NCBI RefSeq assembly: GCF_000142905.1
Contig: NW_013657575.1
Coordinates: 1 to 6,046 of the forward strand
Direction of reading: 5' to 3'
Length of the DNA: 6,046 nt
From: Thecamonas trahens ATCC 50062
Lineage: Eukaryota; Protista; Apusomonadida
Made by a program: the position numbers and the translations under genes. Below the pieces are notes generated by a model. That model did no database searches. It was given only the letters and a program-made list of their open reading frames with translations, and had not been told where the DNA came from. Positions 1 through 6,046 of the stretch are shown piece after piece. The number at the start of each line of letters is the position of its first letter. Position 1 is the stretch's first letter.

Positions 1-1
1 A

Positions 2-1354
2 TTTGTCTTCCTCCCGCTCCTCGACGCGCCTCTCACTGCCATGGCCAACCTCCTCAGCCGGATCTATCCGCGCGGCACCCTCCTCCGCGGACTCATCCCC
101 TCGCGCCGGCACCTGACTGTCTTCCATCGGCTGGCCGGGAGCGCCATCGTACTCCTCGGGCTTGTCCACGGCGTGGCGCACCTGGTGAGCGCAACGCGCG
201 TGGGCGCAGCGACGGCGGCAGAGCGTGAGTCGGCGTTCCCGGCAAGGTCGCGATTGGCGACGTATCGGACAGCTGACTCGGCCATTGAGGTGATTCTGGC
301 CACGTGGCTTGGCTTCTCGGGCCTTCTCCTCCTCATGCTCTTCTCCACAGTGGCGCTCTTCTCTATCCCGCTCGTCCGCAAGGTTTGGTTTGAGCTCTTC
401 TACGGCGTTCATCACCTGGTCTTCCTCGCTACGGCCATCGCCGCTGTACACCCGACAACGTCCCGGACGGCCTGGTTTGCGGGCCTTGGCCTCGGCGCAT
501 ACATTGTCCACCGGATGATCTCAGTCGCGTCCTCGCTTAAGGCGCACGCCATCACTGGCGCGGCGCTTACTGCTGGCCGGGTGGCTGCCATCAAGTTCCG
601 CGCCACGCCCGCCATGCACAAGCACCTCGCACCGGGCACATTTGTCTGGATCAACCTGCCGTGGCTGGCGCGGCGCGAGTGGCATCCGTTCTCCATCGCG
701 TCGTCGCCGCTGGCGGACGACATCACGCTGTACGTTAAGGCCGTCGGCGGCGCATCATCGTGGACGTGCAGAGTAGTGGAGGCGGTGGCTGAGGATGCAA
801 ACCGTGTGATTGGGCGTTCGATCCGGGTTGCCGGGCCGTTCCGAACTGACTCGCGCAACGTGGCCGCGTTTTCACACGCAATCCTCATCGCGTCGGGCAT
901 CGGGGTGACGCCGTACGCGTCGATTGTCTCAGACCTCATCCACAGGGCTCAGCGTGGAGAGCTAGCGCGCGAGCAGACGATCTCGTTCTGGTGGGTGACC
1001 CGCTCGCTTGACGACTATGAGTGGCTGCTTGAGCTGCTTGCTGAGCTGGCGAGCCAGGCCAATGCCGCGCTTTCGCCGTCGCCACATCGGCTCGTCACCG
1101 ACATCCGGATCTTTGTCTCAGGCGCGTCGCCGCCGTCGTCAGACGATATTCCGACGAGCCTCGCGGCGCACGCGGTCATTGCCGCCGGGCGTCCTCAGTT
1201 TCCCTACATGCTCGGCTACGCTGCAGCACATCACACGGCCACCACGCCGCTGGGCGTGTTCTACTGCGGCATCGCGTCGCTCGCGGACGATGTCCGGGCG
1301 GCGGTGCGGGCGCTGCCGCACACCGAGTACCACGAGGAGAGCTTTGCGCCGTAG
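2..1354 (+). CDS. NADPH oxidase (NOX/RBOH)-like flavocytochrome b, ferric reductase domain superfamily; 5' end probably outside the window
   Basis: Four heme-ligand His have NOX2-like spacing: FHRL..LVHG (i,i+14; codons at 125 and 167) and VHHL..AVHP (i,i+13; codons at 410 and 449). FAD motifs are PGTFVWI and EWHPFSIAS. NADPH motifs are GIGVTPYASI, FWWVTR..YEWL, GRP, GVFYCG and terminal HEESF. The frame is open upstream of ATG 41 to the window edge (FVFLPLLDAPLTA), resembling the LxxLP helix before the first heme helix, so ATG 41 is probably internal. Confidence 0.92.
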   Translation, partial: FVFLPLLDAPLTAMANLLSRIYPRGTLLRGLIPSRRHLTVFHRLAGSAIVLLGLVHGVAHLVSATRVGAATAAERESAFPARSRLATYRTADSAIEVILATWLGFSGLLLLMLFSTVALFSIPLVRKVWFELFYGVHHLVFLATAIAAVHPTTSRTAWFAGLGLGAYIVHRMISVASSLKAHAITGAALTAGRVAAIKFRATPAMHKHLAPGTFVWINLPWLARREWHPFSIASSPLADDITLYVKAVGGASSWTCRVVEAVAEDANRVIGRSIRVAGPFRTDSRNVAAFSHAILIASGIGVTPYASIVSDLIHRAQRGELAREQTISFWWVTRSLDDYEWLLELLAELASQANAALSPSPHRLVTDIRIFVSGASPPSSDDIPTSLAAHAVIAAGRPQFPYMLGYAAAHHTATTPLGVFYCGIASLADDVRAAVRALPHTEYHEESFAP

Positions 1355-1356
1355 GA

Positions 1357-1578
1357 CTAGCGGCGTGCTTGGAACACAACGATGGCCTTCTCGAAGCGCT
1401 GGAGGATTTTGGCGCTGTCGGCCTGTAGGGCGGCGATGTTACCCGTAGCCATTGTGACGTGGTCCTCGACGTCGGCGAGCTCGGCCTCGAGCTTGTCCAC
1501 GCGAGTGATGTCGCCGCTGGTAGCGATGGTCTGGCGGACGTAGGAGGCCACTGGCTCCAAGGCAGACGAGATTGACAT
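1357..1578 (-). CDS. Small hypothetical coiled-coil protein (73 aa) or 3' remnant of a longer gene
   Basis: Codons mostly end in C/G as in the neighbouring genes (gac aag ctc gag gcc gag ctc gcc gac gtc gag gac cac gtc). It has a heptad-like pattern VDKLEAELADVEDHVTMATGNIAALQADSAKILQRFEK and GCC-ATG start context. The frame stays open without another ATG up to 1707. Confidence 0.5.
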   Translation of the reverse strand: MSISSALEPVASYVRQTIATSGDITRVDKLEAELADVEDHVTMATGNIAALQADSAKILQRFEKAIVVFQARR

Positions 1579-1652
1579 GGCCGTCTTGCCGTTGGTCCCA
1601 GTCGTGCCACGGCCTGCTCCTCTGCTGTCCCCGGCATCGACGACGAAGGTCG

Positions 1653-1890
1653 TACCATGGTCACCTGGCGTTGGTACCGTGGCTGGTAACCGAAGGCGGG
1701 GCGGACGTCAACAAGGCCAACGACAGCGGACAAGCACCACTGTACGCTGCTGCACGGGACAGCCACTTGGAGATGGTACAGTAGCTGGTGGCCGACGGCG
1801 GGCGGACGTCGACAAGGCTGACGAAGGAGCGGAGAAACGCCGCTGTGCGCCGCTGCATGGTACGACCGCCTGGAGGTGGTGCAGTGGCTT
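1653..1890 (+). pseudogene. Degenerate ankyrin-repeat fragment (about 2.3 repeats of 34 aa / 102 bp)
   Basis: Reconstructed translation: YHGHLALVPWLVTEGGADVNKANDSGQAPLYAAARDSHLEMVQ*LVADG/ADVDKADE/SGETPLCAAAWYDRLEVVQWL. Equivalent positions fall at 1659, 1761 and 1864. There is an in-frame TAG at 1782-1784 where the sister repeats have TGG (Trp), a 1-nt deletion near 1800 and a second frameshift near 1826. Confidence 0.85.
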
Positions 1891-2120
1891 ACGTCCGTAC
1901 ATAGTAATGAGGCTGAACTCATTGCCGATGACCAACATGAACGAATACAAAACACCAAACGCCACAGCAAAGGCATTCATAACTGTCGATTCGGACTACT
2001 GCCCGAACAGTGGCTGCGTCGGTGGTAAGGAAAAAAGTGGCATTCCTTGCCGCTTCCGCGGCTTCGAGCGCGCGCTGGGCGGCTTCGTATGCCAGGTTTC
2101 AGTGGAGCGAAATTTCGTGA

Positions 2121-2156
2121 GCTCCGCCACATGCTCCGCCACATGCTCCGCCACAC
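2121..2156 (+). repeat. 12-bp tandem repeat (GCTCCGCCACAT)x3 upstream of the ZIP gene
   Basis: Units at 2121-2132, 2133-2144 and 2145-2156; the last unit ends in C instead of T. Confidence 0.95.
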
Positions 2157-2246
2157 ACTGACCATCCCACCATCTTCTCAAAACAAGCCCTCGTCTCCAC
2201 CCTCTCATTTCGTCACTACATCACAACCAACCCCATTCTCCAAATC

Positions 2247-3305
2247 ATGCCCACTTGCGAGCAAGAAAAAGCGGTCGCACTCCCACCGTTTGGCCTCCGC
2301 CTCGGCAGCATTGCACTCATCATGGTAGTCTCTTGGCTTGGCTTTCTCGCTCCGCTTGTCGCAAGCCGCTTCGGCCACGGTCCTGGATCTCTGCTCCTCA
2401 AGTGTGGCGCTCTCTTTGGTGGAGGCGTCCTCCTCGCGACGGGATTTGTGCACATGCTCTTCCCCGCCCTCGTGGCGCTCACCAACCCCTGCCTCACCAC
2501 GTTTTTTACCGACGACTTCCCCCCCTTAGCTATGGCCGTCACGATAGCCACCATTCTCGGCGTGCACCTCCTCCACACTGTCATCAGCCGCCACATCCAC
2601 TCGGTCCACCACGCGATCCCTAACAATTTCGTGCACTGTCACGAGTCGAGTTCTATCGTCTCGTCCCGCTCCTCATCCTCAGCATCCTCCTCCGATCCTG
2701 CGCGCTCGCAGATCTCGCACTCGCACAGTGGAGACGCGAGTGCGAGTAAGGCGAGATCTGACATGGGGTCTGACTCTTCGCAGTTTGTGCATCAGGATTC
2801 GCATGAGGACGTCCTCGCGCTCCTCCTCATTGATCAGCAGGTGAGCACGATTCTGCTCGAGTGCGGCGTTGCGCTGCACTCCCTCGTCATCGGGTTTGTC
2901 GTCGGGAGTGCGCGTGAGGAGTTTATCACCCTCCTCATCGCGCTCTCGGTCCACCAGTTTTCTGAAGGAATGGCCCTCTCGTCGACAATACTGAGCACGG
3001 CGTGGCGCCCACGCTTCATTGTTCTGTTCGCCGTCCTCTTCAGCGTTACGACTCCGATTGGCCTCACGCTTGGCATCATCTTTGCCTCGCGCTTTGACGC
3101 AAACGACCCCTCGTACCTCCTTTCTATCGGCATCCTCGACGCCGTCGCCGCCGGCATCCTCATTTACGACGCTCTCGTCAACATCCTCGTCCCCGGATTC
3201 AACGACAGGCTTGCACACGAGGCCTCCCCAAGCAGGCTTCTCCTTTTCACCGCGTCCGTCTGGACCGGAGCCGCCCTCCTTACCGTCATCGGCGCATGGA
3301 TTTGA
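2247..3305 (+). CDS. ZIP-family (Zrt/Irt-like) zinc/iron permease, 352 aa
   Basis: Signature segments are GVLLATGFVHML, LECGVALHSLVIG (TM4), HQFSEGMAL (TM5), FSVTTPIG, LDAVAAGILIY and terminal IGAW. There are about 8 hydrophobic helices with a His/Ser-rich loop between TM3 and TM4. Confidence 0.96.
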   Translation: MPTCEQEKAVALPPFGLRLGSIALIMVVSWLGFLAPLVASRFGHGPGSLLLKCGALFGGGVLLATGFVHMLFPALVALTNPCLTTFFTDDFPPLAMAVTIATILGVHLLHTVISRHIHSVHHAIPNNFVHCHESSSIVSSRSSSSASSSDPARSQISHSHSGDASASKARSDMGSDSSQFVHQDSHEDVLALLLIDQQVSTILLECGVALHSLVIGFVVGSAREEFITLLIALSVHQFSEGMALSSTILSTAWRPRFIVLFAVLFSVTTPIGLTLGIIFASRFDANDPSYLLSIGILDAVAAGILIYDALVNILVPGFNDRLAHEASPSRLLLFTASVWTGAALLTVIGAWI

Positions 3306-3682
3306 ATGCAGATTCAAGCTGAAATGACCAATGAAATGGCCACGGGAGGAGGCCCGGCCCGGAAGGAGTTTTAGTGATGACACTCTCAGTTGCCGGCTGA
3401 GCGTCGCTCTGTCGGCTCGACGCCTCTGAGATTTCCTCGCATTCATCGCACTGGCCTGCATGCCAGCTGCTTCGTACCATTCAGCACGGTAATCATGCGT
3501 ACTCGAGCCCGACAAATGCTCGCGTACTCGCGATATCAAGACGCTCCATTGTAGTCTTCCCGACGACCCCTCCCGCCTCCGGTACAATCACCGACACACC
3601 AGCTGATGCGGTAGTCCGGACCAACAGTTACGGATGCCTTCAATGCTACACTGCTTCTGGCGGGAGAGTCGCGGAGTTTTGA

Positions 3683-4255
3683 CTCCGCGTGGACCGTCTG
3701 ACGTGTGTCTACGTCCTCGCCGCGCTGGGAAAACGTCACTCCTGAAACACCAGCCAAGTGCTGGTCGCACACTTGCCAAACAACCGCCACTGCTTCTGCT
3801 GCTTGGCCGAGCCACCACTGCGCGACGTAAAACACAACCTTGTCCTCCCGACACTGCAACCTGCCCGGCATCCCCTGTTGCCGCTGCAGCCCGCTGGCGC
3901 GCTTGCTCCACGAAAGGAAGGTAAATGCGAGCTCGAGGTCAACAAGCGCCTCCGCCACACACTCGCCGAAAACGCCCATCACTACTCCTCCGAGCTCGTT
4001 CATCACCTCGCTTCGCACCAGATTGACCTCAATTCGTCTCAAGCGTGCCGCCGAAAAGCAGAAAAACCGGAGAGCGTTCTGGCTCGAGCTCGAATGCGAG
4101 CCAAAGTCGGCCGACACCTCCTCGCCGTCCGCCGTCGCCACGCTGTCAGTCATCCCGGACTCGAGATTCTCGAGTGTGCCTTCGTCGATACAGTCGACTT
4201 TGATGGAGTGGGAAAAAAATTGCGGACATGGTTCGCAAAGATGCTAGAGTTGTAG
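3683..4255 (+). pseudogene. Possible decayed P-loop NTPase gene / hypothetical coding remnant
   Basis: A Walker A-like PRRAGKTSLL lies at 3715-3744. Adding one G at about 3713 gives LTCVYGPRRAGKTSLLKH. The downstream frame 3758-4255 has gene-like C-ending codons from about 3925. No other NTPase motifs are clearly identifiable. Confidence 0.3.
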
Positions 4256-4352
4256 CCGAGGACAGGACCTCAATTTCCCCCAAGAGGTGGCTCGAGACCA
4301 AAATAGGCCCCCCCGCTCATCTACGACTTTCTCCTTGATCTGACTAGCAGGA

Positions 4353-5861
4353 CTAGAATCGAAAGGTCTCAACATGAACAGTAAATCCATGCTCAGTTCC
4401 TGCTGCAATGGCAGCATCACAAAGCGACGGCGGCCCGCACACGGCGACAAGGACGGCCCGTGCAGGCGAGCCAGTGGCTTGCACTTCGGCGAGCAGTTGG
4501 TCCAAATCGGGTCGACCAGGCGTCCATTCGAAGGTAGCGATGGCGGACGAGGACGAGGAGGCCGAGTCAGACGACGACGACGAGATCGACCGTGACGGCG
4601 GCGGCGCCGAATGGAAAAACGAGGTCGTGAGCCGGGGGCCGAGAACCCGGCCTGCGTGCTCGAGTGTGGAGCCGATCCACGGCGTGCACACGTCGGCCAT
4701 GGAGCGCGACGTCCACACAAACGTCACGCGCTGCACAGAGTCTGCTTCAGTGTCCGCGACGTGCTGCAGAATGCTAGCCATGGGCGTGACGCCCACTCCG
4801 CCAGCCACAAGCACCACGTGGCTGCACTGCGCGAGTGCGGCATGCGAGAGGCTCAGCTCGCCATATGCCCCGTCGATCCAGATGCTCGGACTAGCGCCCC
4901 GCTCCGCGAGCGCGTGCAGCTTCGCCGTCCACGATTGGGCATGCGTGTGGTGGACCACCTTGACGATGAACCGGACGTGCCGAGTGCTCGGCTCGAAATC
5001 GACCACCGAGAATGGATGCCACGCCGCCCACGCCACCGAACCGACGCGAAGGAACGCATAGCTTCCCGGACGCGGTGCGGCCCACTCGTGGGGCCACATA
5101 AGGGATATTTCTGTTGCTTCGCCGGGAAGCACCGAGAGCTTGGCACGCCGCCGTCCACGCCACGCGCGCACTGTGCGGGCCAATAGGAGAGCGAGCCAGA
5201 GCGATCCAGGAACGGCGAGGTAGAGCGCGATGCCTGGGACGTGCACGAGCGCAGCGATCACGGCGGGGACCTGGAGCCAATGCAGGGCACGGAAGACTCC
5301 AAAGTGATGGCGACGAATGGTGGGCAATGCCCCGACACCCATGACCGCAAACAAGCCGAGCGCTACCGCGCCCGCAAGCGAGACCCCGCCGACCGAGAAA
5401 TGGCCGAACTTCGTGCGAATCGCCATCCACGCCCCGTGCGCGCTCGCGACTGTCAGAAAAACAGCGCCGAACACGCGATGGAACTTGAGGCGCCGCTCAA
5501 ACGGCAGGACGCGCCCCGCCACCCACCGGTCGAGGCCGGGGTAGCGGAGCACAGGAAGGTACATGAGCGCGAGGCAGAGCTTGGCAAGCTTGCCGAGGAC
5601 GAACGGCCCGAGATAGCTGCTCTTGTCGGCCGAGACGACCTTGTGCCCGTCGCCAACGCCGACCCACGTCGCCGTGGCGGCGAAAAGCGCGAGGTACGCA
5701 AGCACGCCAATGCCAAACACAACCTCGGCCCGCCGGACGTTGAGCATCCTCACGAACGACGAGGGTTTCGTGCGGATGGCGCCCACGCCCGCAAGCACGC
5801 ACCAGAGTACAACGACCCCGAGACCCGCCACGCCCACGTCCATCTTGATCGACGCCCCCAT
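4353..5861 (-). CDS. Ferric (chelate) reductase, FRO/FRE-like transmembrane flavocytochrome, 502 aa
   Basis: LMYLPVLR precedes the heme His pairs FHRVFG..SAHG (i,i+14) and LHWL..LVH (i,i+13). Other motifs are IRRHHFGVF, PGSYAFL, WHPFSV (FAD), IDGAYG, VAGGVGVTPM (NADPH), FVWTSR, GRPDL, VCGPPSL and terminal HVETFRF. An in-frame stop upstream at 5895-5897 bounds the start; an alternative ATG is at 5843. Confidence 0.94.
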   Translation of the reverse strand: MGASIKMDVGVAGLGVVVLWCVLAGVGAIRTKPSSFVRMLNVRRAEVVFGIGVLAYLALFAATATWVGVGDGHKVVSADKSSYLGPFVLGKLAKLCLALMYLPVLRYPGLDRWVAGRVLPFERRLKFHRVFGAVFLTVASAHGAWMAIRTKFGHFSVGGVSLAGAVALGLFAVMGVGALPTIRRHHFGVFRALHWLQVPAVIAALVHVPGIALYLAVPGSLWLALLLARTVRAWRGRRRAKLSVLPGEATEISLMWPHEWAAPRPGSYAFLRVGSVAWAAWHPFSVVDFEPSTRHVRFIVKVVHHTHAQSWTAKLHALAERGASPSIWIDGAYGELSLSHAALAQCSHVVLVAGGVGVTPMASILQHVADTEADSVQRVTFVWTSRSMADVCTPWIGSTLEHAGRVLGPRLTTSFFHSAPPPSRSISSSSSDSASSSSSAIATFEWTPGRPDLDQLLAEVQATGSPARAVLVAVCGPPSLCDAAIAAGTEHGFTVHVETFRF

Positions 5862-5935
5862 TGCCGCCCGATGCCATGAGAGAGGTACGTTGGTTCAATT
5901 TGTTTACGCTGGCGTCCGTTGCACACCAAGCCGCC

Positions 5936-5955
5936 GTGGTGGAGCCGGTGGAGCA
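5936..5955 (-). promoter_or_regulatory. Candidate cis-element: two GCTCCACC copies upstream of the ferric reductase
   Basis: The minus strand reads TGCTCCACC-G-GCTCCACCAC, one mismatch from the GCTCCGCCAC unit upstream of the ZIP gene. Function is inferred only. Confidence 0.35.
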
Positions 5956-6046
5956 CACAGCGAATTCTTTGCATCGTCCGCGGCCCAACAGTCCTACAGG
6001 TCTGACACCAGCTGTAGTTCCTGGTGTTCAGATCGACAATCAGGGA

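Noticed and set aside
64-1448. Overlapping and antisense ORFs over the NOX-like gene (64-381, 309-518, 412-939, 1008-1448, 1139-1333)
   Set aside because: Shadow ORFs expected in GC-rich coding DNA; no motifs.
2094-2112. CAGTG loop as an iron-responsive element upstream of the ZIP gene
   Set aside because: The flanks cannot form the canonical 5-bp upper stem with a bulged C.
2121-2156. Tandem repeat as a CRISPR array
   Set aside because: 12-bp units with no spacers and no cas genes, in a eukaryote-like context.
1176-2161. ORFs 1176-1976 (-), 1577-2161 (+) and 1572-1784 (+) as genes
   Set aside because: They are antisense or partial-frame readings of the ankyrin remnant and neighbouring genes.
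2679-4153. Minus-strand ORFs 2679-3587 and 3536-4153
   Set aside because: Mostly antisense to the ZIP gene or codon-aligned antisense to the 3758-4255 frame; no recognisable domain.
1353-4356. AGGACTAG at both minus-strand stop codons (1353-1360 and 4349-4356) as a target-site duplication
   Set aside because: Only 8 bp, partly forced by the TAG stops, and there are no terminal repeats or transposase.
4374-5879. Plus-strand ORFs opposite the ferric reductase
   Set aside because: Arg/His-rich antisense shadows of the real CDS.
5885-5926. GTAC (CuRE-like, 5885-5888) and TGCACAC (MRE-like, 5920-5926) upstream of the reductase
   Set aside because: Single short matches expected by chance, with no evidence that the cognate factors exist in this organism.

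Overview
GC-rich, gene-dense, apparently intronless DNA, probably from a unicellular eukaryote (inferred from the protein families). It holds three intact membrane-protein genes. These are a 5'-truncated NADPH-oxidase (NOX/RBOH)-like flavocytochrome (<2-1354, +), a Zrt/Irt-type ZIP metal transporter (2247-3305, +) and an FRO/FRE-type ferric reductase (4353-5861, -). Together they look like a compact reductive metal-uptake/redox cluster. A related GCTCCRCC(AC) motif is repeated about 75-125 bp upstream of both the ZIP and the ferric reductase. Between the genes lie a small coiled-coil ORF (1357-1578, -), a decayed ankyrin-repeat fragment (about 1653-1890, +) and a possible decayed P-loop NTPase (about 3683-4255, +). 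No RNA genes, CRISPR arrays or recognisable mobile elements were seen.
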